Assembly (NCBI GenBank): GCA_965205265.1
Contig: CBDBGH010000003.1
Location: forward strand, 960,001 to 1,024,000
Length of the DNA stretch: 64,000 nucleotides
Direction of reading: 5' to 3'
Origin: Alphaproteobacteria bacterium
Lineage (GTDB): Bacteria > Pseudomonadota > Alphaproteobacteria > Bin95
Shown: positions 39,720-50,286 of the stretch, one piece after another
How the letters are laid out: the number at the start of each line of letters is the position of its first letter
How positions within the stretch are numbered: position 1 is the first letter of the stretch
Position numbers and translations under genes: made by a program
The notes under the pieces: model-generated
Seen by the model: only the letters and a program-made list of their open reading frames with translations
What the model was told of the DNA's origin: nothing
Database searches by the model: none

Positions 39720-40076
39720 CCCGGACTTGTTCCACGGCTGTCCAGTTTAGATTTGGGGGACAGAGCGCATGGCCTGGATTCAACCGGGTTTCGAGGGGTT
39801 CGGCGAGATCGGGACCCGGATCGACGCCCGGCGGCCCGGCCCTGTTCCCGTCATACCCGGACTTGTTCCGGGTATCCATACGGCCGCCTGGCAGAGCCGC
39901 TTGAGAGAGATACCCGGAACAAGTCCGGGTATGACGAAAGAGCCTGCCCTGAACCTGTCGAAGGGGGGCGTTCGGGCATGACGGACAGGAGGCCGACCGG
40001 GGACGCCGCGCGCTCCCAAAATCCCGTTCGGCTCCCCCTCAATGTCTGAACCGGACACCAGTGGAACAAGTCCGGG
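39720..40076. mobile_element. Non-autonomous element with ~30-40-bp imperfect TIRs inserted in a REP arm
   Basis: CCCGGACTTGTTCCACGGCTGTCCAGTTTAGA versus reverse complement of the right end CCCGGACTTGTTCCACTGGTGTCCGGTTCAGA; the REP resumes after 40076. Confidence 0.62.
39849..39985. repeat. REP doublet plus AGCCTGCCCTGAACCTGTCGAAGG repeat, nested in the above element
   Basis: Arms identical to 20325-20412. Confidence 0.85.
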
Positions 40077-40142
40077 TATCCATGCGGCCGCCCCGGGGAG
40101 AAGCGGTGGAGGGAGATGCCCGGAACAAGTCCGGGCATGACG
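40063..40142. repeat. Right part of the interrupted REP doublet
   Basis: CCGGGTATCCATGCGGCC ... GATGCCCGGAACAAGTCCGGGCATGACG pairs with CGTCATGCCCGG at 39713. Confidence 0.75.
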
Positions 40143-40291
40143 AGAAGAAGACATGAGTCCGAAGTCGAGGCCACTGGTATCACACTCTGGCGCGCCTGTT
40201 CCCGCCCCCGGGCGGGGACGTGGAGACCGATGCAGCCGGGGCGGCCGTCGGCCCCGGCTCCGGTCAACGATGGTCGGTACGGGCCGGCCCG

Positions 40292-40918
40292 TCAGGTCAG
40301 CGGAACGCCCGAGACGTGCTCCGCGAAGGCCGGGCGCCCGCCCAGCCGCGCCAGCCAGGCGTCGCAATGGGGCAGGTCGGCCCGTTCGATGCCGGGTATG
40401 CGCACATAGCGGCAGTAGAACGCGCCGACGGGAATGTCGCCCATGGTGAAGCCTGCGCCCGCCACGAAATCGCGCCCGTCCAGATGGGCATCGAGAATGC
40501 CCCAGACGGATTGAAGGGCGGCGGCGGCGCGGCCGATCGCATCCATGTCCCGCTCGGCTTCCGGCGTGCGGACCATGCCCCAGAACACGGGCGTCATATG
40601 CGGTTGCAGGGAAGCGGTCGCCCAGTCCATCCAGCGGTCGGCGAGGCTGCGCTCCGCCGGGCCTTCCGGCCAGAGGCCTCCGACGCCGTGGAGGGCGCCC
40701 AGATAGCGGACGATGGCATGGCTTTCCCAGATGACCGTGTCGCCATCGACCAGCACCGGCACAAGACCGTTCGGGTTCATGGCGCGGTATTCCGGCGTGT
40801 CATTGCCGCCGAACGGCCCGCCGACATCCAGCCGCTCACAGGCGACGCCGACCTCGCCGACCGCCCACATCGCCTTCTGCACATTGATCGAGTTGTTGCG
40901 TCCGTGAACCGTAATCAT
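40292..40918 (-). CDS. Glutathione S-transferase (GstB-like)
   Basis: GRNNSINVQK, MNPNGLVP, WESHAIVRYL, FTMGDIP. Confidence 0.92.
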   Translation of the reverse strand: MITVHGRNNSINVQKAMWAVGEVGVACERLDVGGPFGGNDTPEYRAMNPNGLVPVLVDGDTVIWESHAIVRYLGALHGVGGLWPEGPAERSLADRWMDWATASLQPHMTPVFWGMVRTPEAERDMDAIGRAAAALQSVWGILDAHLDGRDFVAGAGFTMGDIPVGAFYCRYVRIPGIERADLPHCDAWLARLGGRPAFAEHVSGVPLT

Positions 40919-41577
40919 CGCAGCGATTCCCCGTCGTTCGATGTCGGGCCCAGCGCGTCCCAGCGCTCGCCCCAGCGGTCGAGATAGACGATCTCCTCGA
41001 GCGGCCCGCGCCCGACCGGGCCGAAATTGCCCATCGGCCAGCCGATCGGCAGGATGGCGTAGGAATGAACCCCGGGCGGCAGGCCGAGCGCGCGCTCGCT
41101 CTCTTCCTCGAAGAAGAGATGGCGCGTGGTAAGCGTGGAGCCGAGGCCGAGCCCGCGCGCCGCCAGCAGCATGTTCTGCACGGCCGGGTAGATCGAGGCG
41201 CCCGACATGCGCGTCGGCGCTTCGCCTTCCTCCAGGCAGGCCACGATCCAGACCGGCGCTTCGTCGAAATGCTCCGTCAGATATTCCACCGCATCGTGCT
41301 GGCGGTGATATTTCTCCGCCGAGCTGCCGGGCGGCGGCGCGCTCGTCTTGTAGCGCGGCCCTATGATCTCGTCGAAGGCGCGCTTGTAGTGCACCTTCAC
41401 CGCCTTCTTGATCTCGCGGTCCTTGACGACCAGGAACCGCCAGCGCTGGAAATTGCCGCCATTGGCCGCCGACGCACCGGCCTCCAGGATCTTGCGGATC
41501 AGCTCGTCCGGCACCGGGTCCGGCTTCAGCCGGCGCATGGCGCGGGTGCCGTGGAGAATTTCGAAGAGTTCGGGCAT
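40915..41577 (-). CDS. Nitroreductase-family protein
   Basis: TRAMRRLKPDPV, NFQRWRFLVV, SIYPAVQNMLLAARGLGLG. Confidence 0.9.
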   Translation of the reverse strand: MPELFEILHGTRAMRRLKPDPVPDELIRKILEAGASAANGGNFQRWRFLVVKDREIKKAVKVHYKRAFDEIIGPRYKTSAPPPGSSAEKYHRQHDAVEYLTEHFDEAPVWIVACLEEGEAPTRMSGASIYPAVQNMLLAARGLGLGSTLTTRHLFFEEESERALGLPPGVHSYAILPIGWPMGNFGPVGRGPLEEIVYLDRWGERWDALGPTSNDGESLR

Positions 41578-41675
41578 GGCGTCGTGGGGCCTCCGTCCGT
41601 GTTTCGGGATGCGACAGGTGCGGAAGGGCTATGGATAGAGGCTTTCCGCTGCGGACGGAAGCCGACGGCTGCCCG

Positions 41676-42763
41676 TCAGGATGCGCCGGCCATGGCCGCG
41701 TGGGGCGGCACGCAGTCTTCCCCGACCAGGTGGCAGGAAACCAGATGCCCCTCGCGCACTTCGCGCAGGGCCGGCTTTTCGCTGTGGCACCGGTCCACGG
41801 CGAAGGGGCAGCGCGGCGCGAACCGGCAGCCGGGCGGCGGGTCGATGGGATTGGGCGGGTCTCCCTCGAGGCGGACCCTGCCGTCCTGCCCGCTCGTGCG
41901 GCGCCTCGCGGAGGGCACGGCCGAGATCAGCGCCCAGGTGTAGGGATGCAGCGGCAGGGTGAAGAGCGAAACGCGGTCCGACTGCTCGACGATCTCGCCG
42001 AGATACATGACTGCAATGTCGTCGCAGATATATTGCACCACGCCGAGATCGTGGGAGATGAACAGGTAAGTGAGGCCGAACCCCTCCTGCAACTCGCGGA
42101 GCAGGTTCAGGATTTGCGCCTGGATCGCGACATCGAGGGCGGAGACGGGTTCGTCGCAGACGATCAGCTCGGGCTGTGTCGCCAGCGCCCGTGCGACGCC
42201 GATCCGTTGGCGCTGGCCGCCGGAGAACTGGTGCGGGAAGAGCGCCGCCTGTTCGGGCCGGAGGCCGACGCGGTCGAAAAGCTCGGCAACGCGGAGGTCA
42301 CGCTCGGCGGGGTCCCCGACTTCCATGAGGTCCATCGGCTCGCGCACGATGGCGCCGGCGCGCATGCGCGGATTGAGCGACGAATAGGGGTCCTGGAACA
42401 CGATCTGGATCTTGCGGCGCATCTCGCGCAGCGCGTCGCCTCCCAAGGTCGTCATCTCGACGCCGTCGAGCCGGATCGACCCGCCGGTAACGGGCACGAG
42501 CCGCATGGCGGCAAGCGCGGCGGTCGTCTTGCCCGAGCCGCTTTCGCCGACGATCCCGAAGGTGGAGCCCCGGCGCACCCTGTAGCTGATGCCGTCCACG
42601 GCATGAACCGTGCCGCCGGGTGTGAGGACATTGCGGCGGGGCAGGCGGAAATGGACCTTGAGGTCGCGGACGTCCAGCAGGTAATCCGCACCGCCGCGCT
42701 GGACGCGGCGAACGTTACGGATGGCGGCGTTGGCGCCGCCGCTGCCCGGTGTCTCCCCGCCCG

Positions 42764-42767
<4 letters not shown>
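41676..42767 (-). CDS. Peptide ABC transporter ATPase (DppF/OppF-like)
   Basis: GESGSGKT, FSGGQRQR, DEPVSALD, C-terminal oligo_HPY domain. Confidence 0.93.
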
Positions 42768-43765
<998 letters not shown>

Positions 43766-43768
43766 GGC

Positions 43769-44662
43769 TCAGCGCTCCCTGAGGCGGGGGTTGAAGGCGT
43801 CGTTCAGCCCGTCCCCGATCAGGCTCACCGCCAGCACGGTCAGGAAGATCGCCACACCCGGAATGGTGACGGTCCAAGGGGCGTCCAGCAGGTAGTCGCG
43901 GTTGTCGCCAATGATCTTGCCCCAGCTCATCACATTCGGGTCGCTCAGGCCCAGGAAGCTCAGCGCCGCCTCGAACAGGATCGCGATGCCGCAGGTGAGC
44001 GCAGCGTTGACGATCAGCGGCGGCAGCGCATTGGGCAGGATCACGCGCCAGATGATGCGCCGGTCGCGCGACCCGATGGAGCGCGCCGCCTTCACGAACT
44101 CCAACTCCCGAATGCGCATGAATTCGGCCCGCGCGAGGCGCGCCACGCCGGTCCAGGTCACGACGCCGATGGCGATGGCGACCGTCGGGAGCGTCGGCTC
44201 GAAGAGCGCCACCAGCACCATGGCCAGCAGCAGCGGCGGCAGCACCTGGAAAAACTCGGTGATCCGCATCAGCACCTCGTCCACCCAGCCCCGGTAGTAG
44301 CCGGCGAGCGAGCCGATGGTGAGGCCGATGACGATGGTGAGCCCCGCCGCCGAGCCGCCCACCACAAGGGTTGCGCGCGCGCCGTAAACGACGGCCGTGA
44401 GCATGTCGCGGCCGAGATTGTCGGTGCCGAGGACGTAGCCGTCCTGCCCCGGCGGGGTGAAGGGCATCCACACCATCTCGAACGGGTCCACGGCCAGGAT
44501 CACGGGCGCAAAGAGCGCCGCGAACACGATGGCCGCAAACACGATGAATCCGGCGACGGCCGCCCAGTTGCGCACATACATGCGCAGGAACTCGACGACC
44601 GGACGCTCGATGCGGACGGTTTCGGGGCCGTTTTCCGGCGCCGTTGTCGGACGGTCCGTCAT
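43769..44662 (-). CDS. Peptide ABC transporter permease (DppC-like)
   Basis: LGTDNLGRD, EAA loop EFVKAARSIG, EAALSFLGL. Confidence 0.93.
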   Translation of the reverse strand: MTDRPTTAPENGPETVRIERPVVEFLRMYVRNWAAVAGFIVFAAIVFAALFAPVILAVDPFEMVWMPFTPPGQDGYVLGTDNLGRDMLTAVVYGARATLVVGGSAAGLTIVIGLTIGSLAGYYRGWVDEVLMRITEFFQVLPPLLLAMVLVALFEPTLPTVAIAIGVVTWTGVARLARAEFMRIRELEFVKAARSIGSRDRRIIWRVILPNALPPLIVNAALTCGIAILFEAALSFLGLSDPNVMSWGKIIGDNRDYLLDAPWTVTIPGVAIFLTVLAVSLIGDGLNDAFNPRLRER

Positions 44663-45642
44663 GCGTTGCGCGCCGAGCGGATTCTGGGATCCACAAGCCG
44701 GTAGGCAAGGTCGGTCAGCAGATTGACGACGATGACGATCATGGCCGAGAAAAACAGGATGCCCATGATGGTGGGCGTATCGCCGCGCAGGATCGATTCG
44801 AAGGCGAGCGTGCCCAGCCCCGGCCAGGTGAACACCGTCTCCACCACCACTGCGCCCGAGAAGATGTGCGAGAACTGGAGCCCGGCGATGGTGATGACCG
44901 GGATGACGGCGTTGCGCAGCGCATGCTTGTAGGTGACGGAGGTCTCGCCGAGACCCTTGGCGCGCGCGGTGCGGATGTAGTCGGAGCCCAGCACGTCCAT
45001 CATGCTCGCCCGCGCGAGGCGGCTGTATGACGCCAGATAGATCGACGACAGCGACAGCACCGGCAGGAACAGGTGGTGCAGCACGTCAAGATACCATGAG
45101 AACGTGCCTCTCGGCGTGGTCGGGTCCACAAGGCCCGAGAGCGGCATGATCTCCAGCATGGCGACGAACAGCACGATCAAAAGGAAGGCCGTCCAGAACA
45201 CCGGCGCCGCGAAGCCGACAAGGGCCAGCACGGTGACGAAGTGGCTGAACAGCCCGTTCGGCCTGCGCGAGGCGATGACGCCGAACAGCGTGCCGATCAG
45301 GATGGCGAGTACCAGCGCCGTGACGACCAGCAGCAGGGTCGGCGCGACGCGCCCGAGGATGAGCTCGGTGACCGGCATGTTGAAATAGTAGGACGTGCCG
45401 AGGTCGCCTTGGACCACCTTGCCGACATAGGTCACCAGCTGGATGTGGAACGGCCGGTCGAGCCCGTAGGTGCGGCGGATATCGTCCATCACCTCCTGGC
45501 TGGCGCCGCCGCTTTCCCCGGCGAGCGTGTCGGCGATGTCGCCCGGCACCAGCGAGAGGAGGATGAAATTGAAAACGACGACGGCTAGCAGCAGCACAGC
45601 AGCGTAGAAGAGTCGCTGGGCTATGACGGTCAGGAATGCGAT
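44659..45642 (-). CDS. Peptide ABC transporter permease (DppB-like); inferred ATC start
   Basis: PGD, YGLDRP, GDLGTS, DYIRTARAKG, VVETVFTWPGLG; typical N-terminus QRLFYA lies upstream of the first GTG (45597). Confidence 0.88.
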   Translation of the reverse strand: MAFLTVIAQRLFYAAVLLLAVVVFNFILLSLVPGDIADTLAGESGGASQEVMDDIRRTYGLDRPFHIQLVTYVGKVVQGDLGTSYYFNMPVTELILGRVAPTLLLVVTALVLAILIGTLFGVIASRRPNGLFSHFVTVLALVGFAAPVFWTAFLLIVLFVAMLEIMPLSGLVDPTTPRGTFSWYLDVLHHLFLPVLSLSSIYLASYSRLARASMMDVLGSDYIRTARAKGLGETSVTYKHALRNAVIPVITIAGLQFSHIFSGAVVVETVFTWPGLGTLAFESILRGDTPTIMGILFFSAMIVIVVNLLTDLAYRLVDPRIRSARNA

Positions 45643-45671
45643 GACGCGTCCGTCCTCGTCCTGAGGTCCCC

Positions 45672-45709
45672 GGCGCCGGGGCGGCTTCGGTCTATGCCGC
45701 CCCGGCGCC
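45672..45709 (-). terminator. 14-bp perfect stem-loop between the binding-protein and permease genes (stabiliser or attenuator)
   Basis: GGCGCCGGGGCGGC-N10-GCCGCCCCGGCGCC, no U-tract. Confidence 0.55.
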
Positions 45710-45717
45710 CGGCCGGG

Positions 45718-47295
45718 CTACCTGATATAGACCTCGTCCCACGGCGAGCAGACGCCCCAGATGGAATCCACCGGCGCGTTGCCGATGCGCTCGTGGTTGA
45801 AGACCGTGTGGTAGGGCGAGGTGTGCAGATAGGCGATGGGCGCCTCATCGACGACCAGCTTCTGCATCTCCCCGTAGAGCGCCGCGCGCTTGTCGCGGTC
45901 CAGCTCCTTGCCCGCCTTCTCCATGACCGCATCGACCTCGGCGTTCTGGAACTGCTGGGTGTTGTGCCACGGCACGCCCGGGCGGATGTTCGTGGACTGG
46001 TAGGTGCGGTGCACGCCGATCACCGGGTCGCCCCAGTTGAAGACCGAGTCCATCGTCATGTCGAACTCATGGTTGGAGACGGTCTTGATCCAGGCCCGGA
46101 AGTCGGCCGAGGCCTTGATGGTCACGTCGATGCCGACCTTCTTGAGCTGCGCCTTGACGAACTCGGTCTTGCGCTTCCAGGTGCCGCCGGCGGGAATGTA
46201 GTCGAGCGTGGTGCGGATGCGGATACCGTCCGCGTCCGGCTTGTAGCCGGCCTCGTCCAGCAGCGCCTTCGCCTTTTCGACATCGTAGTCGTAGGGGTTC
46301 ACATCCTTCGGCGCGAACACGCTGCCCGGATGGATGGGCCCGAGCGAACGCTGCGCATAGCCGCCATAGAGCACCTTGAGGATGAACTCCTTGTCGATGG
46401 CGTAGGCGATCGCCTGGCGCACGCGCTTGTCGTCGAACGGCTTGCGCTTGGTGTTGAAGGCCAGCCACTCCAGCGGGCCGATGGCGGAATAGCCGTCCGG
46501 CGTCAGCGTCAGGTGCTCGTTCTTCTTCAGGCGGTCGAGAACCGGCGCATCGGACTCGAAGGCGGTCAGGTCCACATCGCCCTTCTCCAGCGCGATCACG
46601 CGGCTCGTGTTCTCAGCGATCTTCTTGTAGACGATCCGGTCGATATAGGGCTTGCCCTCGAGGAAGTAGTCCTCGTTGCGCTCCATGATGATGTATTCGC
46701 CGGGCTTGAACTCCTTCAGCTTGAAGGGGCCGGAGCCGACGACATCCTGGCTGTTCTGCGGATGCTGGCGGATATTGTCGGTATTGCCGTACACATGCTT
46801 CGGAATGACCACGCCGAGCTGCGAGGAGAACGCCAGCAGGATCGCCGGGTGCGGGTTGCTCAGATTGAACACCGCGGTCAGCGGGTCCGGCGTGTCGATG
46901 GACTTCACCGGCGCATACATGGGCTTGAACGGGTGGTGCTGCTGGTAGGTCTCGATGGAGAACTTCACGTCTTCCGAGGTGATCGGCTTGCCGTCATGGA
47001 AGCGCGCATTGGAGCGCAGCTTGACGGTCACCGTCAGGCCGTCGTCGGAAATGTCCCAGCTTTCCGCCAGATAGGGCTTCGGGTTCCACTCGTCGTCGAA
47101 CCGGAGCAGCGCCGCGAACAGCTGCGTGCCCGGTATGCCGGTGGGCGTGCCGGAGGCGATCGCCGGGTTGAAGTGCCCCGCGATGATCCGGTACGAGAAT
47201 GTGAGCGTGCCGCCCCGTTTGGGCTCCTCCGCCGAGGCCGCCGCCGCGGCCAGCGCCACGGCTGCGGAACTCAGCGCAACCAAGAATTTCTTCAT
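45718..47295 (-). CDS. Family 5 ABC substrate-binding protein
   Basis: Signal peptide MKKFLVALSSAAV.., PYLAESW, FHDGKPITSEDVKFS, VGSGPF, RVRQAIAYAID. Confidence 0.93.
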   Translation of the reverse strand: MKKFLVALSSAAVALAAAAASAEEPKRGGTLTFSYRIIAGHFNPAIASGTPTGIPGTQLFAALLRFDDEWNPKPYLAESWDISDDGLTVTVKLRSNARFHDGKPITSEDVKFSIETYQQHHPFKPMYAPVKSIDTPDPLTAVFNLSNPHPAILLAFSSQLGVVIPKHVYGNTDNIRQHPQNSQDVVGSGPFKLKEFKPGEYIIMERNEDYFLEGKPYIDRIVYKKIAENTSRVIALEKGDVDLTAFESDAPVLDRLKKNEHLTLTPDGYSAIGPLEWLAFNTKRKPFDDKRVRQAIAYAIDKEFILKVLYGGYAQRSLGPIHPGSVFAPKDVNPYDYDVEKAKALLDEAGYKPDADGIRIRTTLDYIPAGGTWKRKTEFVKAQLKKVGIDVTIKASADFRAWIKTVSNHEFDMTMDSVFNWGDPVIGVHRTYQSTNIRPGVPWHNTQQFQNAEVDAVMEKAGKELDRDKRAALYGEMQKLVVDEAPIAYLHTSPYHTVFNHERIGNAPVDSIWGVCSPWDEVYIR

Positions 47296-47447
47296 GCCTG
47301 TTACCTCCCGATGGGTTCCCGGTCCCGTCCTGAACTCCGAAGTCGCCGTGAGGCGCAAACTGCCCCGGAGCCGCCGGCATCCTCGAAGGTCGCGGATTTG
47401 TTGTCAACGGCGCGGCCCGCCGGCATCGGTCGTCCTGCCGGAGCGGC

Positions 47448-49001
47448 TCACGGGCGGATGGCGAAGCGGGACGGGCCGCGCTGCGCTTCGAGCTGCTGCT
47501 GGCTCCATTCGATCCACTCGCACAGCATGGGCCGCGTCTCGCAGGGGTCGATGAGCTCGTGCATGGAGAAGCTCTCGGCGCGCCGCGCCGGGGACAGGGT
47601 CGCCGCCATGCGCGCCTCGATCTCGGCGCGTTTCGCTTCCGGGTCTTCCGCAGCCGCAATCTCCCGCCCGAAGGCGACCGCCACGCCCCCTTCGAGCGGC
47701 AAGGCGCCCATCTCGGCCGAAGGCCAGCCGAGAACATAGGCGCCGGGGCCGTAATGCGCGCCCTGGGCGACGCCGTAGGACTTGCGCACGATGACCGACG
47801 CCCAGGGCGACCGGCAGGTGGCCGCCGCCAGCACCGCGGCCGTGCCGGCCCGGATGGCGCCCTCCTGCTCTGCCTGGCTGCCGATCATGAAGCCCGGCTC
47901 GTCCACGAAGCTGACGATCGGCAGGTTGAAGGTTTCGCAGAACTCGATGAAGCGCCGCGCCTTGCGGGCGCCGTCCGCCGTCATGGCGCCCGCATAGAAG
48001 CGCGAATCGTTGGAAAAGACGCCGACCGGGTAGCCGTTTAGACGGGCGAGCATGGTGATCTGCCCCGGCCCGTACTGGCGGGACATCTCGAAACCCGAAT
48101 CCCGGTCCACGATCATGGATATGGCGCGGCGCATGTTGAAGAACTTGCGCCGGTTCTCGGGCACGATGCCGCGCAGCTGGTCGTCGGCGCGGGCCGGGTC
48201 GTCGTCCGTGTCGGCGCGGGCGGGCACCTGCCAGGCATTCTGCGGCAGGTAGGACAGGAAGCGGCGGACCTGCGCGAGCGCATCCGCCTCGTCCTCGGCG
48301 ATATTGTCGATGGCGCCGCTCCTGGCATGGACCTGGACGCCGCCCAACTCCTCCTTGGTCACGTCTTCGCCGAGCGCGCGCTTGACGACCGCGGGACCCG
48401 CGATCAGCACCTGGGCGGTTTCCCTGGTCATCACCGCGAAATGCGCCGCAACCAGCCGGGAGGCCGGCAGGCCGGCGACCGGGCCGAGCGCCGCCGTCGC
48501 GACCGGCACCGCGCCCATGCATTCGGCCACCGAGGCGAAGCGGCGCGGCGCATGCACGGGCTCGCCGACCGGGCCGCCGCCGCCGGCACCGGTGACGCTG
48601 CCGCCGCCGCCCTCATGCAGGCGGATGAGCGGCACGCGGTATTGCAGCGCAAGGTCCTCGATATAGACGCTCTTGCGCAGGCCCGCCGCGTTCGGCGAGC
48701 CGCCGCGCACGGTGAAATCCTCGCCGCCGACGGCTACGAGCCGGCCGTCGATACGGCCCATTCCGACCACGAAATTGGCGGGCGTGAAGCTCTTGAGCGT
48801 CCCGTCCGCATGGCGCTCGACGCCGCCTGCGCCGCGCCCGTGCTCGCGGAAGCTGTCCGGATCGACAAGGCCGTCTATGCGCTCGCGGACGGTCAGGCGG
48901 CCCTGCGCGTGCTGGCGCGCCACCGCTTCCGCGCCGCCCTGTTCCAGCGCCGCCTTGCGCTTGGCGTGAATATCCTCGATTTCGCGGGACCAGCCCATCA
49001 A
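47448..49001 (-). CDS. Acyl-CoA carboxylase carboxyltransferase subunit
   Basis: GRLTVRERI, DFTVRGGS, IAGPAVV, EELGG, VDEPGFMIG, IDPCETR. Confidence 0.9.
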   Translation of the reverse strand: MMGWSREIEDIHAKRKAALEQGGAEAVARQHAQGRLTVRERIDGLVDPDSFREHGRGAGGVERHADGTLKSFTPANFVVGMGRIDGRLVAVGGEDFTVRGGSPNAAGLRKSVYIEDLALQYRVPLIRLHEGGGGSVTGAGGGGPVGEPVHAPRRFASVAECMGAVPVATAALGPVAGLPASRLVAAHFAVMTRETAQVLIAGPAVVKRALGEDVTKEELGGVQVHARSGAIDNIAEDEADALAQVRRFLSYLPQNAWQVPARADTDDDPARADDQLRGIVPENRRKFFNMRRAISMIVDRDSGFEMSRQYGPGQITMLARLNGYPVGVFSNDSRFYAGAMTADGARKARRFIEFCETFNLPIVSFVDEPGFMIGSQAEQEGAIRAGTAAVLAAATCRSPWASVIVRKSYGVAQGAHYGPGAYVLGWPSAEMGALPLEGGVAVAFGREIAAAEDPEAKRAEIEARMAATLSPARRAESFSMHELIDPCETRPMLCEWIEWSQQQLEAQRGPSRFAIRP

Positions 49002-49077
49002 TCCATCCTTGCAGTTGCGGATGTCGTTATACCAACGGTCTCCATGCGGGACCCACGACTTCTTCTCGCCCTGCCCT

Positions 49078-49300
49078 CATATCGTCATACCCGCCCATAT
49101 CGTCATACCCGGACTTGTTCCGGGTATCTCTCTCCTGCTTCCGCCGAGCGGCCGCATGGATACCCGGAACAAGTCCAGGTATGACGGAGGGGGCGTTCGG
49201 GCATGATGGAGAGGGGCGTTCCGGCATGATGAGAGCCTGCCCTGAGCCCGTCGAAGGGGCGTCCGGGAATGGCGCAGGGGGGCCGTTCGGACATGGTGGA
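49078..49300. repeat. REP cluster: doublet 49101-49186, 18-bp-period duplication, several GGGGCGTTCGGGCATGA units and one GCCCTGAGCCCGTCGAAGG repeat
   Basis: Arms match those at 20325 and 39849. Confidence 0.85.
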
Positions 49301-49331
49301 GCGGCAGAGGCCGGGGTGACGAGAAGAAGCG

Positions 49332-49841
49332 TCAATCGGCGCGTTCCACGGCTGAACTTAGCATTGCGACGGCGCATTCGACGGCCGCGCGGCGTATCTG
49401 CGCGCGGTCGCCGTCGAGACGGCGTTTGGACGCGACCGTTCCGCCGCCGGTGGCTGCTACGGCCAGCCAGACCGTGCCGACCGGCTTTTCGGCCGAACCG
49501 CCGCCGGGGCCGGCCACGCCCGTGACGGCGACGGCGAGATGGGCGTCCAGCCCGGCGCGGGTGAGCGCGCCCCTGGCCATTTCCCGCGCCGTCTCGCCGC
49601 TGACCGCACCGTGCGCCGCGAGCGTTTCGGCGCGCACGCCGAGCATTTCCTGCTTGGCTTCGTTGGAATAGGTGACGAAGCCGCGTCCGACGACATCGGA
49701 GGAGCCCGGTATCTCCGTCATCAGGGAGGCGATGAGGCCGCCGGTGCACGACTCGGCCGTGGTCAGCCGGAGGCCCCTGGCGCGGCATGTGTCGAGCAGC
49801 GCTTCCGCTGCTTGCAGCAGGTCATCCGAAAAGAACGCCAT
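49332..49841 (-). CDS. cinA: CinA/PncC-family nicotinamide mononucleotide deamidase
   Basis: TAESCTGGL, YSNEAK, HGAVS, TGVAGPGG, KPVGTV. Confidence 0.92.
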   Translation of the reverse strand: MAFFSDDLLQAAEALLDTCRARGLRLTTAESCTGGLIASLMTEIPGSSDVVGRGFVTYSNEAKQEMLGVRAETLAAHGAVSGETAREMARGALTRAGLDAHLAVAVTGVAGPGGGSAEKPVGTVWLAVAATGGGTVASKRRLDGDRAQIRRAAVECAVAMLSSAVERAD

Positions 49842-50286
49842 GTCCCAGCCCCCAGTCGGCAAGATGGAGAAGCGCGGCTGCGCAGGCGGCCGCCGCCACG
49901 TCGTCGGCCATTACGCCGAGCCCTCCGGGAACCCGGCGCTCGATCCATCCTACAGGCGGCGGCTTGGCGATGTCGAAGAGCCGGAATGCGGCGAAGCCGA
50001 GAGCGTAGGCGAGCAGCTCGAGCGGGAGCGTCGCCAGCACCAGCCATTGCCCCACGACCTCGTCGATGACGACCGCGCCGGCGTCGCGCTCGCCCGTTTC
50101 CCGCTCGTGGCGCGCGGCCGCATGGCAGCCGGCGAGGCCCAGCAGCACCGCCGCCGCCGCGAGCGCCCAGGGGCCGGCGGCCCAGACGATCCCCCAGGCC
50201 GGCGGCAGGGCGGCGAGCGAGGCCCAGGTTCCCGGCGCCCGGGGAAGACGGCCCAATCCGAAAACGGTAGCGACAGGATGCCTCAC
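49822..50286 (-). CDS. pgpA: Phosphatidylglycerophosphatase A
   Basis: APGTWASL, VVIDEVVGQW, FRLFDIAKP, GVMADD. Confidence 0.92.
   Translation of the reverse strand: MRHPVATVFGLGRLPRAPGTWASLAALPPAWGIVWAAGPWALAAAAVLLGLAGCHAAARHERETGERDAGAVVIDEVVGQWLVLATLPLELLAYALGFAAFRLFDIAKPPPVGWIERRVPGGLGVMADDVAAAACAAALLHLADWGLGHGVLFG

Noticed and set aside
49186-49300. ~22-bp tandem units as a possible CRISPR array
   Set aside because: Degenerate REP half-units with no unique regular spacers and no cas genes.
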